In this document: positions 23,753-36,120 of the stretch, piece by piece
How positions within the stretch are numbered: the stretch's first letter is position 1
Layout of the letters: every line of letters begins with the position of its first letter
Origin: Phoronis australis
Lineage: Eukaryota; Animalia; Phoronida
NCBI GenBank assembly: GCA_002633005.1
Contig: NMRA01000226.1
Location: 65,728 to 129,727 of the forward strand
Length of the DNA: 64,000 nt
Direction of reading: 5' to 3'
The notes under the pieces: generated by a model
Databases searched by the model: none
What the model saw: only the letters and a program-made list of their open reading frames with translations
Told to the model about the DNA's origin: nothing
Position numbers and translations under genes: made by a program

Positions 23753-25149
23753 AATGCATTTTATTACGCTTCAGTTTTCTTCTTCTTTGTTTTACACACA
23801 TGTGCTACTGTAAGCTGTCTGCAACACCAATTACAGAATTGGGTTCTTTTACAAGGTAAACTTCTCATTTTTTAAAATTTTGTTTCATGAGTATAGGTAC
23901 ATACTACATAAAGTAGTAGGCCTACTTCTCAGAAATCGAATTAACAAAAACGGCATCTGGGCAACAGTTAAACATTGCACAAATATATTATTATAGAAAC
24001 AAATTTGGAAACAGTTATAATACACGCACACATACTTAGCTAAACAATTATGAGTGATTTTTCGAAAGTTATGTAACGCACTTTAACTTTTTATTTAGGC
24101 CAAGTGTAACTTTTTCCATAAAATATTGTAACATGATTGTTGAGTGTTTAAACACCCAAAAATATCTTGCAGAAAATTCCTGGCAAAAAGTATGATAGGT
24201 TGTCGAATGTGGTTCTACGATATCGAAGACCTAACTACTCCCGGCACTCATTCACCCAGGGCCACAGGTCGGTGCATAATTATAAGAAATGACCAATTTT
24301 TTTTTCACTTATTTTGTCGAGAAATCGCTGACTGTATGGAACCGCACTTGAAAAGTCTCGCTTGATGAACAATGATAACAATTGACACAATAGGCTTGAT
24401 TTGATAACTAAAGCTCAAAACTCAGTCGAGCAGACAGCCGGCAATTCTCAAAGTAAACTCGCGGCTAGTCTAGTAAGTCCACTGAAAAGCTGAAATTCAG
24501 GAATGCACTGTGCACAGCTCTGAATTTTGGAGTCTCAACATCGGTCAGGTACAGGAGTTGGCATTCCAGCGAGGCTAAAGTTCTATGGCCTAAATGAGCA
24601 TCGACCCAGGCATAAGCCTAAACGATCCACTGCACGCTTGCACCCATGACCCTACTGCGGCAATCGCAGGAGGTCAGGAACCGCATTTGGAGTGTTGCTC
24701 GACGTTTTCTTAGTGAACAAAAGTGACAAAATGCAGTCTTAATTTGGTGATAACTACAACACTTGATCAAAACTCAGTCGAGCAAACAGTCGGAAATTCA
24801 AGGTGCCGGAAAACATAAGTTCACCAAAGTGCATTTCGGCACTGCCAATTTTGCTCGGAGCAGCGATGCTTGACATGAGGAAGAGATGATTCGAAACATA
24901 CATTTGAGCTGGAAGCTTTCAGGCATCATGTTTATCGAATCTCTTTTTAGCACTCCTGATATTTCGAGAGGGGTCTCACTTGTGGTTTCTATCCTACGCA
25001 TAGATTATATGAACCTGTTTGCGATGACTTTTAAGTTAAGGAAATTTGTCATCAAATATTATTAAGTTGTTCAATTTCTTGGTCTCTGAGCGCTTTCCGG
25101 ATTTCCCATACGAAAATATTCAATAGGATCATAGAAATTCGTGTTGGAA

Positions 25150-25345
25150 ATCTTGATCCTATAGGAATCCTGTTGGATCTTATAGGAATTCGGTTGGATC
25201 CTATAGTAGCCTAAGGAATCCTGTTGGATCCTATAGGAATTCTGTTGGATCCTATAGGAATTCTGTTGGATCCTATAGGAATCCTGTTGGATCCTATAGG
25301 AATTCCTATAGGAATCCTATAGGAATATCGATATGCTATAGGAAT
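25150..25345. repeat. ~21 bp tandem repeat with palindromic core (ggatcctataggaat)
   Basis: Direct inspection; repeated TCCTATAGGA palindrome. Confidence 0.85.
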
Positions 25346-26464
25346 TTTTTCTTATTTTTAAACATTTTAACAAGCAAATAGCCTAAGAGTATATAGTAAA
25401 ATATTGGTGTGTTTTTACCTAATTTCAGCTCTTCTGAGTCATTAATTTTTGTAAATTTTAATATTCAGGCGATTCTTAATACATGTATGTTGAATGCTTC
25501 AGTGTAGAATCCTATTGGACTTCCAATAGAATCCTCAGAACTGCCTATTGGATATATTAAAGTCTTAAAGTCTTATACGAATTCCTGTAGCGGGGTCGTT
25601 TCTTTAAAGGCGAAGGCAACCTTTTTCATGTCACTTTTAGCAAAAATAAGGTCTGTTGATTATCCCAGACATATTTTTCACTTAATTACAGCTTTTCGTA
25701 ATTTGATTAATTTCTCGTCCTCTACTCCGGACTGAAGTGACGTTTTGGTAGGCAAGAATTTGCATTATATGTTGTGAGATGGAGCTGTTACCAGCAAAGG
25801 CAACACGATTTTGGTCTGATCCAGTACCGAAGTTTAATCGATGTCTAAATATTTGCTATCTGTTTATTGGATAGTTATTCGTGATACTGTGTTTCACCCG
25901 GCTCATGCTATGCCGTTTTGAACATCCCCTGTTGTTAACTCCGAGCGTGTTCGAAGTAAATAACGAGGCTTAGACTTAAAGGACTTTTTATTCACCCGGC
26001 GCCGATGCAGTAACCCATGACGAAAGTTCGCCTGGTCTCAGAATTTTCAGGCCCTTATCATAAACAATATCTAACTACAATAAACACTAGGCTAATTGCT
26101 GACAGACACATCAGACCCATACTGAAAACCACAACTGACTGGATGGGACTACTTTCCAAGAGTTGCATTGAATAAACAATTTGAGGGATATGGCTCAAAC
26201 TGACACACAGTTTATAGCAATGGCAAGCTTTCTGTGGTAACGTGAACAGCAGCTAGAAATTATATAGCTGAACCAGTGAGACAACTGAAGACCCGAAATA
26301 CCTATTTTAACAATACACTCAGAATCTCAGTATTTTTATGCAGATGTTAATCAAAGCATTGTCCTACGTAAATGAAGAAACTTCAAAACCTACAGATAAA
26401 ACCAGAACCCAGTAAGGTCCAAGAGATAACAATGAATCCAAGTACCACTTGTAGTTCTACTGCG

Positions 26465-26706
26465 GAGGCGGATCTACGGGGAGGGGGTTCATGGGGTTCA
26501 ACCCTCCCCCAGGGACACGATGAAAAATATAAAAATAAAAAAACAGTTTCTAGGAAAACGAAATCAGACATTAAGAAACAAAAAAAAATCTTACACGGGT
26601 GGGGAGAAACACCCTCCCGACCTTCCCTCTGCTCGGTGCTACGCGCCTCAAATTCGCGCAAATCCTACCCCCCTCCCGCCCCCTTTACTAAAAACGTAGA
26701 TCTGCT
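26465..26706. mobile_element. Short MITE with GCGGATCTA / TAGATCTGC inverted ends
   Basis: Imperfect terminal inverted repeats with G-run and C-run subterminal blocks; a related element lies at ~32596-32755. Confidence 0.55.
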
Positions 26707-28477
26707 ACTGCTCAGTACCAACTAAGCTTATTTAAAATCATAAAAATAAATATTTTTCTTCATCACAACCTGTTTATTCAAGAAAGACTGATAAACATCT
26801 AGTGAGAGACAATTACACCTGTAGAATCAAAGTTGCTTGAACTGAACACATTGTCAAACTTTAACATCCAGGAGACCTGCTGAGAATAATTAAAAACAAC
26901 ATGGATCCAGAATAACAATAATCGTTCATTCACCGACGACAGAAGTATAGTGGTGCAGAAACCAACATAAAAAGGTGATTTAGAGTAGGAACCACATACA
27001 AACACTTGTAAACTGGTGTATACACAGATATCAGTTTTAGGACAATCAATGGATGTTCAGCAGGGCCAGCAGGCCACATGAATATCGGAATTATTTATAA
27101 AATTTCACTTGGTTTACTAAACAAGCACATTCATTCATTGAATGAATTTTTAGCAGTTACATGTATAAGAATATTTTCAACCACACGAAGTTGACAACGA
27201 TATTATAAATCAAAATGTCCATAGTATCGCACATATAAAGGAAAGTGTTTGCCTTCGAGCAGTCAAATTCTGCGCATATTTACTTTAAGTCTGATTTGGG
27301 TCCCCGAAAGCCAGTACATAGAAATATGCTGGGAACAGGACAGCACCAATCACCACAGCTGGTGATTGTAAGCTTCGATGTTCCTGTTTAGGTAACGCTC
27401 ATCATTTTTTCATTCTGTTGTATTTTAACCGATATCACTCCTGCGAAGTCAGAAAGCAGCTACCACTTTTTCTGCCACATGTGTTACTGATTATCTTGTC
27501 TCTTGCAATGCTTTATATATGAATGAACCGAAGGTGAGCATGTTTACTACAGAAATAAACAAAACATGGTGTGAATACTGGAAGGGACTTGCTCGTATAA
27601 AACAAAACAAGTTAACAAAGACAATTACTGTCTGAAATCTGTTAGCTAAATAGTACTATGCTACGTGCTACCTCAAAAGTAATTTGAAAATGAACATGGA
27701 TTTCATGACAGTATTCAATAAAGAAACAACTTAGTAACAACAACGCTAATTTGAAAATGGCAGCAACATATGGCCGAGGATTTTAGAGTTATGACACAAA
27801 GATCAATGGACCAAAACAAACTCAAACAAATTAAAAGTTATAGCAACATTACACGGTTGTACTGCACAAGTTAGATGTTAATGAGAATATTCTGGCTCTG
27901 TCTTAAGGGGCTTACTTTTATGAGTGGATAATCTGATTGGTTCACATTTCATATAGAGTAGGGTATTCTTCTTTTTCTTCAACAATAAGATTTTAAATGA
28001 CATCTCTAGCTTATTAAATAGTTTTTTTAATATGCAAACATTGGTAAAGCGTTGTTTTTTTAAATTTTGATCTTTCCTTTCTGTTTAGTCCGTTTAAATT
28101 TTACGGAATAAATGGGCTTTTTACCACAACCAAACTGTTCATTAAAAATACCAGAGTTCAACTTTTGCAGACTGCCTGGGATTGCCACTTTTAAGTCCAT
28201 GGTAAGGGCATATGCTTTAAGTTGCTGTAATGCTCTCACCAGAATCGAACACAAGTACGATTTTATATTTGATCTAGACTTAGTGAGAGATGGTAAATTC
28301 TTTTGGATTTTGCCACGTTTTCCTATTATCATCGCGTGTACCTCAATTTGGGTTACTTTTTGCGATTATAGAACCAACATTTTAGCGAGTACGTCCGATC
28401 CTCTTCTGTGTGTGACGAGCATTCTGCCTCAGATAGAATTTTTTTTCATGTATACAAATTATTGTTCACTGCTTGGC

Positions 28478-28729
28478 ATGAACGCACCCAGGGGGGGGGC
28501 TTGGTGGCTCAAACGAAATTTGGGCAAAAAAGTCCGCCTCAGCGAAACAAAAAGTCCGAGTAAACGAGACAAAAATCCACAAAGTCCACAGGAATTCGGC
28601 GGGGATGCACAATCCGAAGGCCTGGACCTAGTGGCCACGTTTTTTTCTTGGTCTTCGTTGATTTTTTTCAGTAAAAGGTCCGCACACCAAAAATTAGACC
28701 CCACCATATTTTAAGCTGGGTGCGAGCAT
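28478..28729. mobile_element. Short MITE with CGCACCCAG / CTGGGTGCG inverted ends
   Basis: Terminal inverted repeat around a GC-richer 250 bp block. Confidence 0.55.
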
Positions 28730-31539
28730 TTTTGGCATATTGGAAACTCTTTCTTGTCGTTAATCCATTTAATACCAAAAAGGTATAAAGTATCCTGGGT
28801 GCCAAAATCTAATGAAACAGACACTGACATAACATAAAACGAATAACCAATTAGTGATTGCATGTGTAAATGTTACTAATAGTTAATTGAAGGGCATTGG
28901 GTACTGTGAGTACATACATAGTAATTTCAATGCTTCTGGGGTATTTTGGTGCTGTCTTGTGACTGAAGTCTCCGATCTATTTCTCCTAGTTATGTCTCCA
29001 CTGTCATGTATGAAACAGTCTCAGTGCATGTTTGAAGTGGATGCAGGTCAAATAAAATAAACAAAGACACGCAGGGTACAGACTACTGTACATCAGTGGA
29101 ATTCCAGGAACTATGATGTTGAAGCATGCAATACACAGTTACAGCCATATGGCTCATGACCCTTGGTCTGTGAATGACCACTGTGTAACTGACTTGTTTA
29201 CTTCAATATGGTTAAACAAGTATATGGGGGAAGTATGATTGAACATACAACCAAAACAAATTCTGGGAGCAAGAAAACCACTAAAATGTTGCAAATAAGT
29301 GGATTTTTGTTATCATTTTTGAGATCGACACTTGAATTTTTATAGTTACCTAATGACAGACCTCACATTCAACCACGAAAAAAGAACAATTTATAAAATT
29401 GTAACGCTAGTGCATTCCTAAGCTGTCAGGTCACCATGCTTAGCTTCAGTCATATTTTGGGATGCATATAACGTTTTTCTCAACTTGAATTACCTGAAAT
29501 GTACAGGAAGCCTGTTGAGGGGGTGTTTTTTATCCTTATTGTTCATAACAAGTATTATTTTACTTTGATTGAGTTCAATGAACAAGTATTTAGCTTACAC
29601 ATTCAAATAAAAGCTATAAATAATGAATAAACAAAAACCGGATTGGCTTATTTGGGTTAATAATGTCTCGCGCATTCTCTGTGTAAATGGTCATTAATTA
29701 ACAAACAAAAAGTACCTCATTTAATGCCATTAAAAGAGTGCAACATCGTGGAAAAAATAACCAGCCTTCTGAATTTCTACGGCACTTTAACTCTAAAATC
29801 CAATGTTTCACTAAAAAGGAGGTTTTTCAAAAGTATTTTTGTAGAAAACTAATTTTTACGTTTCTTAAGCTCAGCCAAAGAATATAAAAGGCATTGAAAA
29901 CGAGATTTTATCAACAAAAGTTTTATGCATAATATTTAAAAACAGCAAAAGTATATTATCTTACCTCGCTCATTTTTGTTGGTTTGGTAGCAATCGTTTC
30001 GTGATTCGGCTTCCACCAACCGTTTGATGTTTTGACCGGGCCAACCGGGAATCATCCGACGATTAAGTCACCATTTGGAATTCATACAATAATTCCGTTG
30101 GTCCAATGTCCACATTCGTAGACAGCTTAGCAACCGCCACCAACTTTAAAGAAATTCTGCCATTGTTTTGTTTCTTGTCCTACTCAATATTATTCATTTA
30201 CATGAATGACACTAAGTGACCAAACTAAACCAACTTACCCGTGCAAATACAGTATCATTGCTCAAGTAAAATAGTCCGTAGTATATTATATACCAGTCAA
30301 AATATTATACCCACTGTTACGAAAGTAATATCAAGTTCTAAACAGTGTAGGAACGAAACTAATTATTAAAATGTTTGAAATAAAACACTAGGGTATTTAC
30401 TGACAATTACTACAACTTTTGTATTCATACACGGCCTTCATATCAACTGGTCATTATGTAAAATCATAAGTATTGGGTGTAGAAAAAAATTTCGATGTTA
30501 TGTTATACCCTGTTTTTTGTGCTGTTCTTGTTTTTTCTAACGAAAAGTCTCCAAACAGTTCATAAAAATAATTTATCTAGTACACAGAATAATAGGCCTG
30601 GCCGCTAACTGCTTGTGGCTGGGTGTCAAGCTCCAATGTTTACTATTTCTACTACTAGTGACAACAGGGGGTTGGTAAGTTGACACTTTCTAGGTTATAA
30701 ACAAAACCTGAGTATGAGGGTCGTACAGTGGTAGCTGGAGACCAGGCGAGCTTTTCTCATGCGTGATGCTACAATACGAGAAAATAAGGGAGCTTAAGAC
30801 TAGGACTTTAGACTAATTAAGTTAACTATGATATCAAATGACTATAACATGGCAAGATACGTCAAAGGACTACATGTACGCGTCTAGATTATGTTTAATA
30901 ACCTATATGCGGTATAATACTAGATATGTCGGAAGTTATATGCCGGCGTTATATGCAATAGATTCCGTTAGAACAATATGTGAAACTCACAACTTTAGTC
31001 CCAATGACATGTACTTACGAAGATATTCATGGATCGTAACCCGGCTAAAAAGGCAAAAAGTAGTTTGAATGTAAGTATTACGACGCTTATAATTAGTAAA
31101 GAACACTACAGAGTAAAACAGCCCGTGGGCAACGCCCCCTAGTACAAAAGATATAACACAAACAGCCTGTGGGCAACACCCCACTAGTAGGCCTACAAAA
31201 GAAAATATAACACAAACAAAAATATGCTCAATATGCAGAATTGCAACCATCCAACATAGGGATAATCAACAAATAGCATTTGTTACACTACAGTCGTGCC
31301 ATTTTACACAAAGAATACAATTTGTAAACCGAGGACACTGTAATATTTTCACCATAAAAGTACCATTTTCCAAAATTGCACACGTCTGAAAATGACATTT
31401 TGTGTCTTTGACAAGTTTAACTCATTCCCCAGCCGCCGGGGTCAGTGCTGGAGTTTTATGACCGTACTAGGGCAGAGTATTAGCCAAGACCGTCAGATAT
31501 TCGCACTCCCGAACTACCAAGTGAAATCTGGGAGAATTT

Positions 31540-31787
31540 TAGGGGGCGTGGCTCCCTAGTTGCCCCCGTCCCCCTAAATCCGCCACTTGCTCGGGTATAG
31601 GCGCATGTGCGTGAAGGTATTCAGTCTTCGTGCGCCGAAGATAACATTGGCCAACAGGATCGCTACTGCTGTGAAGTTAGGTCACATGATCATTTTCTAA
31701 GAAGACGTGGGTAGAGTGAAACTTCCTTTTGCAGTTGCAGTTTCGTGATGTAAATTGTTTGGTGTCTTGTGTTGCATGTTTGAGCAG
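31540..31787 (+). promoter_or_regulatory. Candidate promoter and first non-coding exon of gene 2
   Basis: CpG-rich patch with GC box (ggggcgtggc), NRF1-like gcgcatgtgcg, reverse CCAAT, TTCTAAGAA at 31695 and donor CAG|GTACGA at 31787. The ATG exon of gene 2 begins with an acceptor, so an upstream exon must exist. Confidence 0.4.
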
Positions 31788-34700
31788 GTACGATATTTTC
31801 TCCTTAAAACTTTCTCTTGATACTCGAACGACTTAAAATGATGCCACAGGCCAACCGAGGGGCTACGTGTTGCCTAGGCCTGCTTTAGTCGTACTGCGAC
31901 TCGTAGTAGACTAGAAGCCGGATGTACGCCTATGCGACAGACAAGGGCAAGGCAGAAAACGGTGATGTCGCTAACGCCACTGGCACCTTTAATCAGCCTT
32001 TTGTCGTAACACTAAAGTATTTTACAACATGACGACATTGACCTACACACAAGATTTTGGTATCGTTCTATTCGCCTAATCGTTCTCATTCCGAAAATTT
32101 ATGAATGAATCAATCTCTTTATTTTAGTTTAGTCAGTTTGTAGGGAGGACAACGTTTTTTTAATTATTTTTACAATACCCGTGTGTCATACATTTTTGAA
32201 AAGCCCTTGGTGTGAGAAATGAAATGGTGCAAAAATAAAAAAATTGGATGAGTGGTTTTCGAGAAAATGGCCGTTGAAACGTGACAATTATGCGTAAAAT
32301 ATCTGCCTTTTTACATAATTTCGTAAAGAATAAAAGAATATACATGTGCTGCATATCAAAAGATTCGTCTCATTGAGACAAACATGGCGGTATGTATTAT
32401 ATTAAATTTGGATCGATTTCTACAGAGATATCGCTGTTTAAGTGTGTTGTTGTAGTATATAGAACAGGCTCATCATGTTTGATGAAAACAATGGATTACA
32501 CAGCTTAAAAGGTAAAGAGCAAAGACACCACATCAGCTCAGAAATAAATACATCTGAGCTAGGAGGAAATTTCACATCAAATCACAAGATCACATTGGTG
32601 GATTTGGGGGGGGCAAGGGGGCCTGGCCCGTGGCCCCCCTGAAACTCCCATATTTCATTTGGCAGTTTGAAGGTGCAAATATCTTACGGGTAAAATCCTG
32701 CGTAATACTCTGCCCTGCCCCCCCTCCTATCTAAAAATCCTAGATCTGCCCCTGAATACTACTACATGGGCAACACATCATTGCCTGACAGTGACAGGGG
32801 GCAGGGGGAGGCTATAGCTCCCCCACTTTTTCAGTGTTGGGTGCCACCCATGTACTATTAGATCGTCAAAAAACATCAGAAAGTAGCAAAAGGCCATTTG
32901 GGAAGACAAATCGCTCTTAACATGAAGGATTTCATCATTTGCGCAACAAAAACTTTGTAACAACTTTATTTCGAACGGTGAAGTTGCGAATGCCATTGAA
33001 CTTCAACGTAGCCACTGGTGGCGCTGACATGCGGCGACTTAGTGAACTAACGACTGCTGTTTGAAAAGTACCAATGCGCAGCAGTTTGACAGAATTTCTG
33101 GGGCATATTGCGCAAGTGGAAAAACATCAATCTCCCGACCGACCAAAATTAGGCCTTCCGGACGATCGAAAACTCGCCATGAAAACTTGGCCTTGACTTT
33201 GAGAAAACAACTTGAGGAGATGCGCACGCATCTAAACTACATCCTGTCCAAATTTCATGTTTGTATTTGAGAGTATAGTGCTCTTTTGGATAGGAGGAAC
33301 AAGAGGTACTTTTTCGAAAGTTGATCGCATGGCGGAAAATCGTCCGCTAAAAAAGCTTACAAAAAATGATTTATCAGCGATAATTTGAGACAAAAAGATT
33401 ACAAACTTACAAATAAAGACTAAGGTAACGATTTATAACACAAAATTGTCTTATAGTTAACTTTGAAGTCGGAAATCGGGTATTTTACCGACGTGGGTTT
33501 TACACGGAGGCAGATATGGAGCACCGTGACCTACTTTTTGATTGTCCTCCCTACAGTTTGACAAAACAGCCAAACACTGGGCTACTACCACCGACTGTAG
33601 ATAACAACATAAAACGTATAAATAATAAACTAATGAAAAACCAAACACGTGACAAGATGAGAAAACACATTTTGATGAGATATCATGAAAGTATGGCATA
33701 CACACTTGCACACATACACATCGGATTTAAAATCTGCACCGCAATGTGTCCCCTACCACGGTTCCTCATTATTCTTATCGTCAAATTTCTGTTCGCACTA
33801 TTGACCAGTTGACACTGCCATGCTCGCTCAACTAAAGATTACTGCAACACCTTTTGCTTATGAATGAAACAGCATCATCGATGTTTGTCACTGCGAGGTG
33901 CCCCTAATGTTTTCCTGAGATAACATGGAGCAACTTCGGCAACACGCAGCCCCTCAGTTGGCCGGTTAGGGGCTACAATACTTCCCATAGCTTTCTATAC
34001 GCATTTCGTTCTATGTATTTTAAACAGGCGGTAGGCCAAATCCAGCCACCGATTTTGAGTTTTCACCTTGTCAAAAACACATTCCATACTTCAAACTATC
34101 ACTTAAAAAAGCACTTACTTTCTTCATTGGTCCTTTCTACTTCTATACATATCTTCGATGAAGCTTATTTGTAAGAATTAAGGTGACTTTGGCGAAGAAT
34201 TCCAACTCCACTTTTTTGGTTGCCATTAACTTTTTCACCACGCGTGCGATAACCACAAAGTATGTCAACTGAGTCACGTGAGTTAGGCAAAGGCTAGCGC
34301 AAGACTGAGTGAAGCACGTGACGCTAGCGTGCGACATTTGCAAAATAGCTTGAGAAGGTATCAGGTGAAATTTGTAAGATTTGTGTCCCTTGGACTTTTT
34401 ATTCGTCAGTATGCGTAACTTCACGTAACTGTCTCAAAAGGACAACCGGTAAGAGAAACTCGAGCAAACTGCGACAGATTTTCATTGATTTGTTCAAATT
34501 ATCTTAACTGAATCGTCTCCAGACTTATGGTATGAGTTGTTTATAACTCCATGTGCATATATATGCATGTTTCATTTGATTTAAACTTTATTTCCTGTAT
34601 TTTGAAATAAGTAACTTTTTGTGGGATGCACTGTCGCCGCTGTATGCCTGCGGCACCCAGGGTGATGTAATTCCCTAGGAGCAACTGAGCAGCACTTAAC

Positions 34701-35129
34701 TTTTTCCATAAATTTTTAGAATTGTGATCATTTAACCCCGGTAAGTGTTCACATTATGACAACATGATATTCGCTTATGATTTTGGTGTGGATTCCTCAC
34801 ATCATTATGAATCCAAAAATAGCCGAAAATGTCTCCTACCCCCTTCCCTTAGGATTTTATCATCAAATTTCTGCTCGCACTATTCCACGGTAGTGATAAC
34901 CGCGATATTGAATGCAAGGAGTCATATGACAGCCAAAAACTGAACTAATCCACCTACACATATTCTACAGAGTGTTGCTCTAAAGTTCAAACTGATGGAG
35001 ACCCCGGGCCCGAACTATGGTTTGTATTCAGTGTATGACATGATTGTTCTACAACGATCGAGATAAGCTCCTGTTAACACTGAAAGTCACATAATCAACC
35101 AGACTGTAAACCTGGGACTAGGTTGTAAA

Positions 35130-36120
35130 AGTGAAATGTTGCCTGGCTTCATCAAATCGGAAGTTCTTAACTCCTAGTATTGTAGTGCCTCCAGTGCAGG
35201 CCTTTATGCAGCGTAGCCATAGGTCCTTGTATTTGGATTACCTAGCACTAATCTGGACACCCTGGCAAGGTTGCCCAATGTATCAGTTGGATACCCACTA
35301 TCAATCCGAATCTTTCAAGTTTGGACATGCACTTTGTAATGATTACTAGGAAGGCTACTAGCTGCAAGGAGAAGTGAGGGTGTGTTGTCAATTTTCTTCC
35401 ACTGCTGGCTATGCTCCCAGTGATCTTAGCTCATGTGTATATGTAGAGTTCTTACATAAGTGCAACTCCAAACTGGTGTTTCGGAACTGTAACTTCATGA
35501 TTTTCATCTTTTTTAAAAATATCAAAAGCGAAATAAATGTCATTATTTTAATACAATATTGTGCCACAAGAATATGTCCATTTTAACTTTTTGAGTTTGC
35601 GCCCGTTTCATGCTTTTCAATGTGCGTTTCAAGGTTTTAATCTGGAACAGCAGTGACACCTGTTGCCAAAATATTAATCACATCATATGTGCATTTTTCT
35701 TGTTTTGTAACTGCAGCTCTGATGACTCATTTTACAGAATATTAAAAGCTAATGAAAATTATATGACAAACTTTATAACATCAATATGACTGGAGATCAC
35801 CAATAACGTAGTGCACTCATCGTTTAACCAATATCTCTAATATTTGTTTGGTAAGCTACTGGGCTGGTTTCGTAAATTTAGATGTAAAAGTCTTAGTGTA
35901 CACATTTTTTAGTAAAAAAGCTCACTGCAGTAGGCTGTTTTGTAAACTTAGATGTAAAAACCTTGGTATACGCATTTTTGTGTAAAAAAACTGTGTGTGG
36001 GGGAATTGCTGGTGAACGGTCATGGGGGTGGGGGGTTACGCGTTGGAATCATGGAAGCCCTGGAATATTGGGAACCCCATTTTGGACACCCTATTTTGGA
36101 AATCCTGGATAAAGGCCTGC
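35130..36120 (+). repeat. Composite dispersed repeat, inverted partner of 49945-50480
   Basis: 35130-35350 matches 50280-50480 reversed; 35880-36120 matches 49945-50160 reversed. Confidence 0.65.

Noticed and set aside
26712-27405. C/D snoRNA boxes on the minus strand (RTGATGA near 26766 and 27404)
   Set aside because: No suitably spaced D box with terminal stem or recognisable rRNA antisense element
28112-28714. 200 aa ORF
   Set aside because: Runs through a MITE and AT-rich sequence; no recognisable domain or splice context
29136-29192. Hairpin as pre-miRNA or H/ACA arm
   Set aside because: Only about 8 bp of clean stem, no H or ACA box, no recognised mature sequence
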